64,000 nucleotides of DNA from Candidatus Bathyarchaeota archaeon (GCA_963807605.1 CAWECG010000001.1:73152-137151); one strand, 5' to 3'; numbered from the stretch's first letter, positions 20,100 through 30,492 are shown. Translations and numbers: made by a program. Notes: generated by a model not told the origin, from the sequence alone.

Positions 20100-21467
20100 A
20101 TGCTTGGGTCAAAGACAATTCGCTGGGACGACTGGATCGGGAATGCAAGCCCTACCCCCTTTGGGGGCACAGGCACTAGCGGCGAAATGATGTTGACCCG
20201 AAGTCCAGGGTCAAAAATATGCCTTCTTTGCAGAGGAGGTAAGATGCTGTGTGGAAAGTTTCAATGCCCAGTAGTCGCTCGAGCTGAGGCTTTAGTCAAA
20301 CTGCGTGGATTGATTGACAAGGAGATTATAGCGGGTTCGACACCACCAGCAGTCTTTGTAGGACGTTTTGGGTATCCAAGAGTCAACATTGGACCGATGA
20401 TCCCTCCCTATTATGGGGATACCGAAATACTAGATACTCCTGAACTGTGGATGGGAAAGTCGATAGAGGAAGTGATCGATTATCGATTCTCTCTGGTAAG
20501 AGGAAAGTCTAGGTCACATGTTTTTGAGGTACAAAAGCCCAGTAGACTTCTGGAGACGCTCCAAGAGCTCGCCATGGGGGAGAAGCCTGCTGACACAGAA
20601 GCAGTCTTCACAAGGAAACCCCGAAGAATGTTGGTCTTGAGTGACGATGCGCAGCCTTTTGGTCCATCTGCTCCTATGAAGAGTTTCATAACGTCCAACG
20701 TTTCAGTCGATAGGAGAATCGAGAAATCTTTCTACGACAGGGATATGAAAGCCTCTGAAGCTATTTTATCCCTATACAAGGCTGGAGTACTTGTAACAAG
20801 GATTCAACGCTCCTTCAGCCTTGGAATGTTCGGTGTCTCCTCAAAGAGACGTCTGGTGCCAACTAGATGGGGAATTACTGCTATAGACAGCACCATATCT
20901 TCGAAGCTCATCGAAGAGGTCAAACAGTTGCCCACCATCGATGAGTATCTCGTGTATACTTTCCGAAACATCGGAAATATCTATACCGCCATACTATTCC
21001 CTGAAAAGTGGAGTTTCGAATGGATAGAGGCATGGTTTCCCAAGACCTTCTGGAACCCCTCAGGTTCACGCCCGGAGCTCATGGGAGATTTTGAACCCTA
21101 CGAGGGCCGAACTTCATATGCAAGTGTTGGTGGGTGCTACTACTCAGCCAGGTTAGCACTTGCAGAAAAACTCAGTCGTGAGCGGCGACAAGCGTCAGGC
21201 TTGCTTCTAAGAGAAATACATCCAGAGTACATTCTCCCAGTAGGAGTCTGGAATGTGAGAGAAAGCATTCGAGAATTGTTAAAGATTAAACCAGCGAAGT
21301 TTGACACATTCCAGAAAGCCTTTGGCCACGCCCTGAGAGCCCTCACAATTCCTTATAGAAGTTGGGTTGCAAGTAGCACATTAGCCAGAGAAGCCGTGTC
21401 CCAAAGAAAGCTTACACACTATTTTCATCAAGAGAGGCTTCCACGAGATGTCGCCGAAAGCAGCTAG
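20100..21467 (+). CDS. nreA: Nre family archaeal DNA repair protein
   Basis: CLLCRG.K.LCG...CP, PP.VFVGR.GYP, RRLVPTRWGITAID, GGCYYSARL, PVGVW.VRE, C-terminal PIP box QRKLTHYF. Confidence 0.92.
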   Translation: MLGSKTIRWDDWIGNASPTPFGGTGTSGEMMLTRSPGSKICLLCRGGKMLCGKFQCPVVARAEALVKLRGLIDKEIIAGSTPPAVFVGRFGYPRVNIGPMIPPYYGDTEILDTPELWMGKSIEEVIDYRFSLVRGKSRSHVFEVQKPSRLLETLQELAMGEKPADTEAVFTRKPRRMLVLSDDAQPFGPSAPMKSFITSNVSVDRRIEKSFYDRDMKASEAILSLYKAGVLVTRIQRSFSLGMFGVSSKRRLVPTRWGITAIDSTISSKLIEEVKQLPTIDEYLVYTFRNIGNIYTAILFPEKWSFEWIEAWFPKTFWNPSGSRPELMGDFEPYEGRTSYASVGGCYYSARLALAEKLSRERRQASGLLLREIHPEYILPVGVWNVRESIRELLKIKPAKFDTFQKAFGHALRALTIPYRSWVASSTLAREAVSQRKLTHYFHQERLPRDVAESS

Positions 21468-21627
21468 AATGTTTCGAAAGCTGTCTTTCAACTGTGAATC
21501 GATAGCCGCTTCAGCTATGTCCTAGCTTCATCCTCCTCCAGTGTTTTGGACTGAAGTCTTAATTGGCCGTCAACGACAAGATAATTTGCTCAGATTTCGA
21601 TCGCACAACAAATCCGTGGTGATATGC

Positions 21628-22662
21628 TTGGGCGTTGATCTCGGGGGAATAATTGAGAAGAAGAAAATTAGTCTTGATGATCTTCGAGGGAAAGCACTCG
21701 CCATAGACGGCTACAATGCTCTCTACCAGTTTCTCGCAATCATAAGAGGAGAGGCGGGCGAACCTCTTATGGATGGGACCGGAAGAGTGACCAGTCATCT
21801 CAGTGGGCTGTTCTACCGAACCGTGAACATGATCGAAAAGGGGGTCCGAGTAGTGTACGTCTTCGATGGAACCCCACCGATATTGAAGGAAATCGAGATC
21901 AAGCGAAGAACGCAGATTAAAGATGACGCTCTGATACGGTATGAGGAAGCTCTCAAACGCGGTGCCATGGAAGAGGCAAGACGCTATGCTCAGATGACTT
22001 CCCGGCTGAAGGATGATATGGTTGATGACGCCAAGAGATTGCTGAGCAGCATGGGTGTTCCATGGGTACAGGCACCCTCAGAAGGCGAGGCACAAGCCGC
22101 CTACATCGTGTCAAAGGATGATCTATGGGCTGTGGCAAGTCAAGACTACGACTCTCTGCTATTCGGTGCTCCCAGACTGATACGTAATCTCACACTAAGC
22201 GGGAAAAGAAAACTCCCTGGGAAGAATGTATACGTGGAGGTAGAGACCGAACTCTCTGAGCTTAGTAGGGTATTGAAAGATCTCGGGCTCACAAGAGAAC
22301 AACTTATCGACTTGGCTATACTTCTCGGGACAGACTATAACCCCGGTGGGGTCAAGGGTATTGGTCCAAAAACTGGTCTTAAACTCATCAAAGAACATGG
22401 AGATTTCGAAAGCGTAATCAAGCATCTACCAGATCTAGCGCCAATTGAAGACCTTATGACTATCCGACAGATCTTTCTCAGACCTAACGTTACTAGCGAT
22501 TACAAGATCGAATGGGGAAAGCCTGACATCGATGGTATAATCCAGTTTCTCTGTAGAGAAAGAGACTTCTCAGAGGAGAGGGTCAGAAATGCTATTGACC
22601 GTATTCTGAAGAGTGGGAATATCGGAGATCGAATGACCCTCGAGAAGTTCTTTGGAGGTTAA
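21628..22662 (+). CDS. fen: Flap endonuclease 1
   Basis: (M)GVDL from TTG 21628, AIDGYNALYQFL, TSHLSG, QAPSEGEAQ, SQDYD, GTDYN.GG.KGIGPK, PIP box TLEKFF. Confidence 0.97.
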   Translation: MGVDLGGIIEKKKISLDDLRGKALAIDGYNALYQFLAIIRGEAGEPLMDGTGRVTSHLSGLFYRTVNMIEKGVRVVYVFDGTPPILKEIEIKRRTQIKDDALIRYEEALKRGAMEEARRYAQMTSRLKDDMVDDAKRLLSSMGVPWVQAPSEGEAQAAYIVSKDDLWAVASQDYDSLLFGAPRLIRNLTLSGKRKLPGKNVYVEVETELSELSRVLKDLGLTREQLIDLAILLGTDYNPGGVKGIGPKTGLKLIKEHGDFESVIKHLPDLAPIEDLMTIRQIFLRPNVTSDYKIEWGKPDIDGIIQFLCRERDFSEERVRNAIDRILKSGNIGDRMTLEKFFGG

Positions 22663-22664
22663 GC

Positions 22665-23165
22665 TCAAGTAGACTTTCTTCTCAAGTTCAGCCTCAGACT
22701 ATCAAGGGATAAACTCATCTTGTTTAGGACGTTCTCGCTGGCCGCTACAGCATTTATCAGCTTCTTTATCTCAGCGCATTGGTTTGCGTACATCGACGCG
22801 AGATGCTCATCCTTCGCCATCTGGGCCTGAACGCATTTTTCAAACGTCTCTTTGGCTCTTTCCTGAAGCCGCCAGATCGTCTTTTCGAGTTTGTCTCTTC
22901 CCTCTTCTAACTCTCTGTCGACAACCCGATAATCTCCTCCAACCTCTACGGTGATGACTGGGAAGTATCTGCTCAGGACTTGGCCGGTCCTCTCAAGCCT
23001 TCCGAGGACCAGTCTGACGCTTCTGGAAGTCCAGCCTAGACGCGTTGAAATCTCTTCTACGTCGAGTCCTGGGTTTCTCGAAATGAATTGTAGTAGCTCA
23101 TTCGACTTTGTTTTTCTTGCGGGACCTCTTTTTACCATTCTGAGTCTTCCTCCAGAAGCCTTCAC
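22665..23165 (-). CDS. Winged-HTH protein fused to a truncated ESCRT-III/CdvB-like helical hairpin
   Basis: N-half LLQFISRNPG..VEEISTRLG....VR..L.RLE..G.V (wHTH). C-half KLEKTIWRLQER.KETFEKCVQAQ..KD...ASMYANQCAEIKK resembles archaeal Snf7/CdvB helices 1-2. Confidence 0.7.
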   Translation of the reverse strand: MKASGGRLRMVKRGPARKTKSNELLQFISRNPGLDVEEISTRLGWTSRSVRLVLGRLERTGQVLSRYFPVITVEVGGDYRVVDRELEEGRDKLEKTIWRLQERAKETFEKCVQAQMAKDEHLASMYANQCAEIKKLINAVAASENVLNKMSLSLDSLRLNLRRKST

Positions 23166-23186
23166 TTCAGTGGCTGAATCCAGCTT

Positions 23187-23870
23187 TTACTCCTTCCATC
23201 CTGCCTTGCCCCTCATAGGTACGAATGCGACTCCCCCCAACTCATCTCTCGCAACGCTCCCATCAGAGTACTTTCTAATTCTAAGCAATGTCTGGTAATG
23301 ATAGATTCCGCCAACGGGTATTAGAAGGCAGCCACCCAGATTTAGTTGGCCTATCAGCCCCTGAGGAATGTCTGGAGCTGCACTTGTGACTATAATGGCG
23401 TCATAGGGAGCATACTCTTCCAAGCCCAAGGAGGCGTCCTTACATAACAGGTCAACCCTATCCGCGTATCCGCATCTGTTAATGTTCTCTTTACCGAACT
23501 TTGCTAGACCCTCGATTATTTCAACTGACCAGACATGCCCCCACTTGTCTCTTGGCTCGGCGCCCGAGGCTACAATCTCAGCATACACACAGCCCATGTA
23601 GCCGCATCCTCCTCCAATCTCGAGAACCTTCTCTCCAAGAGTCAGTTCGGAATATTCGCAGAACATTGCAGTCATGTGAAGAGCACTTGTAGTCTGTCCA
23701 TACCCTATGGGCAAAGGGGCATCAACATAAGCCTCTGATCTAACCTCCTTGGGAAGGAATTCCTCCCTCGCAACCAGCGACATTGCTCTTACAACACTGA
23801 CAGAACGCAGGATGCCCTCAGCAGCGAGTAGGTCGACAGCCCTCTTTCTAAGCTCAGAAAATCTCTCCAG
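23187..23870 (-). CDS. pcm: Protein-L-isoaspartate O-methyltransferase
   Basis: V.REEF, AYVD.PLPIG.GQT.SA.H, VLEIGGG.GY, APYDAI.VT, FVPM.G. Extended to CTG 23870 to include the LRKRAVDLL..EGILRS..V.RAM N-terminal helix. Confidence 0.92.
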   Translation of the reverse strand: MERFSELRKRAVDLLAAEGILRSVSVVRAMSLVAREEFLPKEVRSEAYVDAPLPIGYGQTTSALHMTAMFCEYSELTLGEKVLEIGGGCGYMGCVYAEIVASGAEPRDKWGHVWSVEIIEGLAKFGKENINRCGYADRVDLLCKDASLGLEEYAPYDAIIVTSAAPDIPQGLIGQLNLGGCLLIPVGGIYHYQTLLRIRKYSDGSVARDELGGVAFVPMRGKAGWKE

Positions 23871-23968
23871 CTATCCCCACCATCCTCAGAAATAGTAATT
23901 GTTTTCAACAGGATAAAAGTCTGAGACTCCCGGTAAGCCTGCACAAGAATTCCGTTGTTGAGAAGCGA

Positions 23969-24400
23969 ATGACACACGAAGTTGTCGAGAAGATTGAAGC
24001 TCACGGCCACAGTGCGGTAAGAGCTACGCATAAAACGACTTTCGAGTTCACAAAAGAAGAACACCTGACGTCCAAGGGGGACTGCGTCCTTGCGGTAGGA
24101 GCGAGTAAGAGTGTTGCCGAACTTTCTGAAAAATTTAGGAAACTAGCTACGAGTGACTTCGCCAAAATAGTTATGATGATTGAGGTTGATAAGATCAATG
24201 AAATCGCTGTTGGTAGAGGTAGTGCGTCGCTAACTCTTTCGCACGAAACTGATATTGTGGCGCGGAAGAGCAGCTTCACCTGCGGTAGAACTGTGATGAT
24301 TGGATCAAACAGGGCCGCTGCTGACTTCAGTCGGAAACTTGTTGGGAGATTAAGAAATCCTGATGCACGGGTAAGTCTCACTTTGATTGTGCGGGCTTAA
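23969..24400 (+). CDS. DUF371 family protein
   Basis: A.GH..V.ATH.TTFEFTKE.HLT.KGDC, IV.RKS.F...RT..I....AA.D. Confidence 0.88.
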   Translation: MTHEVVEKIEAHGHSAVRATHKTTFEFTKEEHLTSKGDCVLAVGASKSVAELSEKFRKLATSDFAKIVMMIEVDKINEIAVGRGSASLTLSHETDIVARKSSFTCGRTVMIGSNRAAADFSRKLVGRLRNPDARVSLTLIVRA

Positions 24401-25482
24401 GCGATCCTGACATCAATTGCAAGTTGCCATTCTCTCGGTGCGATACCCTTAACAGTCCTGATAGCATCTATCCCAACGATCTTTCTGCTTGCGCTCTCAA
24501 TCTTCTCTTTCATGATCTCAAGAATGACCTCATGTGAGACTCCCTCTGAGACGAATGTATAGAAGTGAATAATTCCCCCTTCATGTTTAAGGAGGTTACA
24601 TGCCTGGGGAATGAAGGCTATCGATTCAGTAGGCAGGTTCATTATTACTCGATCGGCAGAGTGCGAAAGCAAACGTACTGAGGTCTCTCGAACATCTGCT
24701 AGTACCACAGTGATTCTCCCTCGGAGGCGGTTGATTAAGACATTCTGTAGCATGAATGAGGCCGCCTCGGGATTGATGTCAACCCCGTAGACCTTCGTAG
24801 CATTTCCAAGTTTCGCCGTGATGATCGAGAACGGTCCTACACCTGCAAACATGTCAACAACAAATTCTTTAGGCTTCATATTGGAGGCGACTCTTCGGCG
24901 CTCAAATGAGAGTCTGGGGCTGAAGTACACCTTGCGCGGGTCCAGTCGAAAAATACAGCCGGACTCTGAATGCTGCGTCAAGGTCGATCGCTCACCAGCC
25001 AGTAAATTGTAACTCCTTACGCGGTAAGTACTGGTCACGGGACCTGACTTAGCCATCACGGTCTTGACGCGAGGGCTCAACTGCATCAAAGCCTCACCAA
25101 TGATGTGGCCGTAGGGAAGGAGGCCTTCTGGCATTTCCATGATCGCGATATCCCCCATGATATCATAGGAACGTGGAAGAGCTGCGAGCATATGGGGCGG
25201 AAGTTTATCATCGACCGCTTCTATGAGATTCGACGCTCGAAGCTTTCTACATCTGAATGAATAATTGGAGATCTGAAGGCCTGCAAGTCTTAATTTGAGA
25301 GTCGCCAACTCCTTTTCTGATGGTTGCCTAGTCAATGGTATAATCACTTCGGTATCTGTTGATTCAATCCTAAACTTGCCATCCAGAATTCCAAGTTCCC
25401 GTGCTGCAGACAAGGCAACCTCACCGAGGCTCCTAACCACTTTGAGGGAAGGTCGCTGACTCAAAATAGGTCCAACCTGCAT
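24397..25482 (-). CDS. trm5: tRNA (guanine-37-N1)-methyltransferase Trm5 family
   Basis: SYDIMGDIAI, VYFSPRL..ERRR, VVDMFAGVGPF, DINP, DRVIMNLP. Confidence 0.9.
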   Translation of the reverse strand: MQVGPILSQRPSLKVVRSLGEVALSAARELGILDGKFRIESTDTEVIIPLTRQPSEKELATLKLRLAGLQISNYSFRCRKLRASNLIEAVDDKLPPHMLAALPRSYDIMGDIAIMEMPEGLLPYGHIIGEALMQLSPRVKTVMAKSGPVTSTYRVRSYNLLAGERSTLTQHSESGCIFRLDPRKVYFSPRLSFERRRVASNMKPKEFVVDMFAGVGPFSIITAKLGNATKVYGVDINPEAASFMLQNVLINRLRGRITVVLADVRETSVRLLSHSADRVIMNLPTESIAFIPQACNLLKHEGGIIHFYTFVSEGVSHEVILEIMKEKIESASRKIVGIDAIRTVKGIAPREWQLAIDVRIA

Positions 25483-25540
25483 TCTCTGCCGCTACCAGTG
25501 ACCGAACTTATACGGCTTTTCTAACATGTCCATTTAGAAA

Positions 25541-26194
25541 CTAGACTAAGAAAAATAGATAGAGCGCCAGACCTACCAATACAAGTCCGCTAGCTCGCTG
25601 GATTTTGGAAGTTGCACTGACTATTTTCTTGAGAAGCAAACCTCTGGCTTTAGCCACCAGGAGTGTTGTTAAGATCAAAGGAATAATCATTCCAAGAGCA
25701 AAAAAGAGGAAGGCAAGAATTCCATCTAGAATATCACCAAAGGTCGAGACATAAAACATGATGGATATGAATACTGGAGCTGAGCAAGCTAACGACGCAA
25801 GGCCATACGTCAGACCGTAGATGAAAAGCCCATAAAAGCCTCCCCGACTAGTTGCATGGACCTTCAGGTAGAACCTTGGATAGCCAACTCCAAACAACAT
25901 GCTGAGACCTAAGATGCCGATGATGACGGCGGCGAAATAATGTGCAAACGGAAGAAACCTTAGTAATGAACTTCCAAGACTGTAAGTAATCAAGCCGATT
26001 ACCGAAAAGATGACTACTAACCCAAGACCACAAGTTAACCCTCCCTGAAGTGCTCTCTGGCTACTCATCTTGGCGCCAAGATAATAGGCAACATAACCTG
26101 GAAGGAGTGGGTAACTGCAGGGAGATAAGAGAACGAAGAACCCGCTTATCAGAGCCAAAGAATAATCGATTATATGCACTCTAGGGACCCGCAT
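25541..26194 (-). CDS. CcdA/DsbD-type thiol-disulfide transmembrane electron transporter
   Basis: LSPCSYPLLP.Y and AC.APVF conserved Cys-Pro motifs; about 6 TM helices. Confidence 0.88.
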   Translation of the reverse strand: MRVPRVHIIDYSLALISGFFVLLSPCSYPLLPGYVAYYLGAKMSSQRALQGGLTCGLGLVVIFSVIGLITYSLGSSLLRFLPFAHYFAAVIIGILGLSMLFGVGYPRFYLKVHATSRGGFYGLFIYGLTYGLASLACSAPVFISIMFYVSTFGDILDGILAFLFFALGMIIPLILTTLLVAKARGLLLKKIVSATSKIQRASGLVLVGLALYLFFLV

Positions 26195-26310
26195 CCAACA
26201 CAGGTAGGCAAAGGTTAATGATTGTTAACCGAAAGCCAAGTCTTATTACCTTTTCTCAGCCTTTCAAGGCGAGAAATGTCTCTAACACCGTGAAGACTAT
26301 TTGCCTGAAA

Positions 26311-27689
26311 TTGACACTCCCCTGCCTAAAGACAGGGGATTCTAGTTTCTATCATGTTCATCGGTTGATGGGTCATAGCGTTGTTGCGCTCCCACCTCAT
26401 TCCATCCCACTTTAGAAGGTTAGGGCGTGTCATCGCCCTGTTAATGACTCCCGCAGGAAGCTTAACCCCCTGAGTGAGTCCTATATTTACAACACCAATA
26501 GCATCCCTATGAGCCTCCAATCCACAGTTAAGGCATTTGAAGAGTCTGCCTTTCCTCTCAATGTTCTCTGAGCCGCATCTTACGCATTTGCTCGATGTTT
26601 TGTATTCGCTAACTTCTCTCACTCTTATGCCGTACTCTTGCGCTGTATACTTCAGTCTTTGAATAATGTAGTTGAAGCTCCAGAAGTTGTGGATTATGGC
26701 GTTGCTCTTCTTTCCTTTATCGTTGCCGTCTCTGATGCCTGTTAGGTCTCCTATCACAATCTTTGAAACACCGAGATCGTACAGGTCTCTTACCATGACT
26801 CTTATCATGGTGTTGATTGCTTGCCTGAATCTCCGTTGCCTTATTCTATACAGTCTACTGAGGCGCTTCGAACTTTTCTTGCCATTAACTGCTTCAAGTC
26901 TCCTCTGACATTCCGCTATCCTATTGACCCAGTACCACCAATCAGAGAGTAGATTTCTCCCACTGTACGATATTGGTTGCCTCCATCCTTCAAGCCAGAT
27001 GGTGAACAGGTTAATGATACCGATGTCGATGTAGCATGTCTTGGAGCCTCTCGGCTTGAATAATGGCCTAACCTTAACTGCCTGAAAGACACGCCACTTC
27101 CCATCAACCTCATCATAGATGACCTCGGCCTTTCCCTGCTTGCCACCCCATCTGGGCTTGCCTCGGATGGGTATCTCCATCTTCTTGGGTAGTTTCATCA
27201 CTTCATCCTTCAGGCTGTAGATGTCGTTTCTCAGAACCAACATCAGCCTGTATTTTCCATCTCGCTTCCAGTATCCAGGCATACACACCTTCTCAATGTT
27301 CGGCGGAAGTTTGCCTTCTCGCTCCATCTTCTTGAGGGCGAAGAAGCTCCTCCATGATTCGTTGCTCTTCCTGATGATTTGCTGTGCTGTCGCTGAATCA
27401 ATCAACGATGAATATTTCTGGTAGAGGTCTTTGCATATCCAATCTATTGGTTGATAGTTCATGTATGCCTGTCTTTTGCGGTATGTCGCCTCATTCCAAA
27501 GTTTGGCACAGTTGGTAGCTTTATCCCTCAGTATCCTCTCTTGTTCCACCGTTGGATCAAGGATGAAGGTGTTGGTTCTCCGCATGAAACTACCAGCACT
27601 ATTATTGAAAAACCAGACATTTAAGCCCCAAACGTCTCACTCTGGAGCGCAATTCATCCCACCCCTGAAGGAGTGGACTTTCTTGCTAG
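26311..27689 (-). mobile_element. IS200/IS605-family (IS1341-like, tnpB-only) element
   Basis: Right end has hairpin tcccctg..cagggga (26318-26339) and ends in TCAA on the minus strand. Left end has hairpin ccac.cc.gaaggagtgg (~27659-27676) preceded by TTGAA (27694-27690). No tnpA. Confidence 0.82.
26326..27585 (-). CDS. tnpB: RNA-guided endonuclease TnpB
   Basis: HTH N-terminus, RuvC-I YIDIGI, RuvC-II VIGDL, EYKTSS.CVRC...CLNC zinc finger, RuvC-III HRDAIG..NI. Confidence 0.95.
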   Translation of the reverse strand: MRRTNTFILDPTVEQERILRDKATNCAKLWNEATYRKRQAYMNYQPIDWICKDLYQKYSSLIDSATAQQIIRKSNESWRSFFALKKMEREGKLPPNIEKVCMPGYWKRDGKYRLMLVLRNDIYSLKDEVMKLPKKMEIPIRGKPRWGGKQGKAEVIYDEVDGKWRVFQAVKVRPLFKPRGSKTCYIDIGIINLFTIWLEGWRQPISYSGRNLLSDWWYWVNRIAECQRRLEAVNGKKSSKRLSRLYRIRQRRFRQAINTMIRVMVRDLYDLGVSKIVIGDLTGIRDGNDKGKKSNAIIHNFWSFNYIIQRLKYTAQEYGIRVREVSEYKTSSKCVRCGSENIERKGRLFKCLNCGLEAHRDAIGVVNIGLTQGVKLPAGVINRAMTRPNLLKWDGMRWERNNAMTHQPMNMIETRIPCL

Positions 27690-27812
27690 TTCAATGTAAA
27701 ATTTCACCTTAAGCTACGGATGACGCCACAATGCGTAATGTCCACCCAGATTCCCGAAAGACAAATATGTCATCCAAGACTTCTTCAAGACTCCTATGCC
27801 TGACAGAGGGCA

Positions 27813-28439
27813 ATGATCTGCAAATGGGTGGATTGCGTGAAGCCAGCGAAGGAGTCGGCAAAAGATTCTGAGCCGCAGGCTGCTTCAAAGTCTTCGCATA
27901 AGGAAACTGACTTGGAGAAGCTCTCAAAGGAGATCGAGTCGCTGAAGGAAGCCTTGGCCGAAGAGAAAGGAAGATCAGCTGACTATCTGAATCGACTGAA
28001 ATACCTTCAAGCAGACTTGGAAAATCTGCAGAAGAGAACAAAGAAAGAGATTGAGGAGACTATTGCTAGGGCCAATGAACAATTGATCTCAAAGCTTCTA
28101 GTCATAATAGATGATATGGAGATAGCGATGAAGGTATCCTCTGAAATTGAGAACTCGCAAGCTGTAAGGTCAGGATTCGAGCTAATCTTAGGGAAACTCA
28201 GAGACCTCCTTGAGAATGAGGGTCTAGCTAGGATTGAAGCCAGAGGTAAGCCCTTTGACCATGCCATTCATGAAGCCGCCAACCAGACCTCAAGGGAAGA
28301 TGCCGCGGACGGGACCATCATAGAGGAGCTAAGAGCCGGGTACACTCTAACGGGAAAGCTTCTACGGCCGAGCATCGTGATCGTTGCAAAGAACCCTCAG
28401 AAGTCGTCCTCTGAAGACAGTGCCAAAAAAAGCGTCTGA
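27813..28439 (+). CDS. grpE: Nucleotide exchange factor GrpE
   Basis: YLQADLENLQKR, FDHAIHEA, GY.L.GKLLRPS.V.V; upstream of dnaK. Confidence 0.95.
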   Translation: MICKWVDCVKPAKESAKDSEPQAASKSSHKETDLEKLSKEIESLKEALAEEKGRSADYLNRLKYLQADLENLQKRTKKEIEETIARANEQLISKLLVIIDDMEIAMKVSSEIENSQAVRSGFELILGKLRDLLENEGLARIEARGKPFDHAIHEAANQTSREDAADGTIIEELRAGYTLTGKLLRPSIVIVAKNPQKSSSEDSAKKSV

Positions 28440-28556
28440 CTGCAATTAGCCTCTGCTTCGACCGAAACAGTTCATCGTATTCCAAAATATTTTTCTTCAA
28501 CCAACCCTCTCCCTTATAAATCCGAGCCACTAAACTATCATGTCAACTATTTACAG

Positions 28557-30470
28557 GTGATTAGGATGGTTGATTCACAAGCATCGAAGATTATTGGAAT
28601 AGACCTCGGAACTAGCAACTCGGCCGCGGCCGTCCTTCAGGCAGGCAGACCAGTCATGATAGCGAGCGCCGAAGGGACCTCTATCGGAGGCAAGGCATTT
28701 CCCTCGTACGTCGCATTCACTCAAGACGGCCAGCTGCTTGTTGGTGAACCTGCGAGGAGACAAGCTGTCACCAATCCTGAAGGAACGATAATGGCGATAA
28801 AGAGGAAGATGGGTACCGATTACAAGGTACGCATATACGGCAAAGAGTATACCCCCCAGCAGATATCCGGATTTATTCTCCAGAAAATAAAGAGAGACTC
28901 AGAAGCATTTCTAGGAGCCAAAGTCGATAAGGCAGTGATTACTGTCCCCGCCTATTTCAACGATAACCAGAGGCAGGCTACAAAAGACGCCGGTTCGATT
29001 GCGGGTCTGGAGGTCGTCCGAATAATAAACGAACCAACCGCCGCAGCCTTGGCATACGGCCTTGACAAGGCTGAGAAGGAATTGAAGATCATGGTCTTTG
29101 ACCTTGGAGGAGGAACGCTGGATGTTACATTGATGGAGATAGGGCGGCCTAGTCCGTCGGAACCTCCGGTCTTCGAGGTGAAAACGACTAGTGGAGATAC
29201 GCAACTTGGCGGCACAGACATGGATAATACAATAGTAAGTTTCTTGACTCAAGAATTCAAGAAGAGCACTGGAATAGACATCAGTAATGACAAGGTCGCG
29301 GTTCAGAGGCTTAGAGAAGCAGGTGAAAGAGTCAAGATTGAACTTTCTACAACCCTGACAAGTGAGATAAATCTTCCATTCTTGGCATCCGATTCATCAG
29401 GTCCTAAGCACTTTAAGATGAGCCTCACTAGAGCAAAGCTGGAGGAGCTGGTCAATCCAACCATTGAACGATGTAGAGCACCCATGAATAGGGCGCTATC
29501 TGACGCCAAGCTTTCTCCTATGGACGTAGACAAGATAATCATGGTTGGCGGTCCGACCAGAATGCCCATCGTTAGAAAATTTGTTGAAGATTACATGGGC
29601 AAAATTGCAGAGCGTGGTGTCGACCCGATGGAATGCGTCGCTATGGGTGCAGCCGTCCAAGCTGGCGTGATCGCCGGAGAAGTTAAGGAGTTACTTCTAC
29701 TAGATGTGACCCCGCTTTCTCTGGGCGTTGAGACCCTTGGCAGCGTATTTACCAAGATAATTGAGAGAAATACGACCATCCCCACCAGGAAGAGTCAGAT
29801 CTTTAGTACAGCAGCAGACTTTCAGACAAGTGTTACAGTGCATGTCCTTCAAGGGGAGAGAGCAATGGCTGCCGACAACGTCTCGCTCGGGCAGTTCAAC
29901 CTAGTCGGAATACCGCCAGCACCGAGAGGAGTGCCCCAGATCGAGGTCACTTTCGATATAGACGCAAATGGCATCATCAACGTTTCAGCAAAGGATACTG
30001 CTACTGGCAACCAACAGAAGATAACAATAACCGCCTCGACAAAACTCTCTCAGTCTGAGAGAGAACGAATGGTCAAAGAAGCTGAGAATTATGCTGAACA
30101 AGATCGTATCAAGAGAGAAGAGGTCGAGACTAGAAATCAGGCCGACTCCCTTCTATACACCGTTGAGAAGACCCTGAAAGATCTCGGAGAGAAAATCAGC
30201 ACAGACCAGAAGGCGAAGTTAGACAAAGCATCTGCAGATTTGCGAGCTGCTCTAGGCGGCAAAGATGCAGCTGCGGTTAAATCGAGGATGGAAGACCTAT
30301 CTAAGGTACTGCAAGAGGTCGGCACCGCCGTTTATCAGGAGGCCGCGCAGAAGACCGCCCAGGCACAATCTGCCACAGGATCCTCTGGTGAATCTAGTGA
30401 AACTGGTAGCGAAGATAAGAAGGTAGTGGATGCGGACTACAAGGTTGTAGAGGAAGAGAAGAAATCCTGA
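28557..30470 (+). CDS. dnaK: Chaperone DnaK
   Basis: [64 protein letters not shown]. Confidence 0.98.
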   Translation: MIRMVDSQASKIIGIDLGTSNSAAAVLQAGRPVMIASAEGTSIGGKAFPSYVAFTQDGQLLVGEPARRQAVTNPEGTIMAIKRKMGTDYKVRIYGKEYTPQQISGFILQKIKRDSEAFLGAKVDKAVITVPAYFNDNQRQATKDAGSIAGLEVVRIINEPTAAALAYGLDKAEKELKIMVFDLGGGTLDVTLMEIGRPSPSEPPVFEVKTTSGDTQLGGTDMDNTIVSFLTQEFKKSTGIDISNDKVAVQRLREAGERVKIELSTTLTSEINLPFLASDSSGPKHFKMSLTRAKLEELVNPTIERCRAPMNRALSDAKLSPMDVDKIIMVGGPTRMPIVRKFVEDYMGKIAERGVDPMECVAMGAAVQAGVIAGEVKELLLLDVTPLSLGVETLGSVFTKIIERNTTIPTRKSQIFSTAADFQTSVTVHVLQGERAMAADNVSLGQFNLVGIPPAPRGVPQIEVTFDIDANGIINVSAKDTATGNQQKITITASTKLSQSERERMVKEAENYAEQDRIKREEVETRNQADSLLYTVEKTLKDLGEKISTDQKAKLDKASADLRAALGGKDAAAVKSRMEDLSKVLQEVGTAVYQEAAQKTAQAQSATGSSGESSETGSEDKKVVDADYKVVEEEKKS

Positions 30471-30492
30471 CTATCATTGCCTCGTTTCACTA

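Noticed and set aside
21541-21627. N-terminal extension of FEN1 in the ORF track
   Set aside because: The conserved MGV start aligns with TTG 21628 after a GGTGA SD; the extension is an ORF-calling artefact.
29134-29172. DnaK insertion (RPSPSEPP) with a GC hairpin as an in-frame intron
   Set aside because: The inner stem does not stack on a 4-bp helix, and BHB-rule excision would frameshift the gene. It is more simply a surface-loop insertion.
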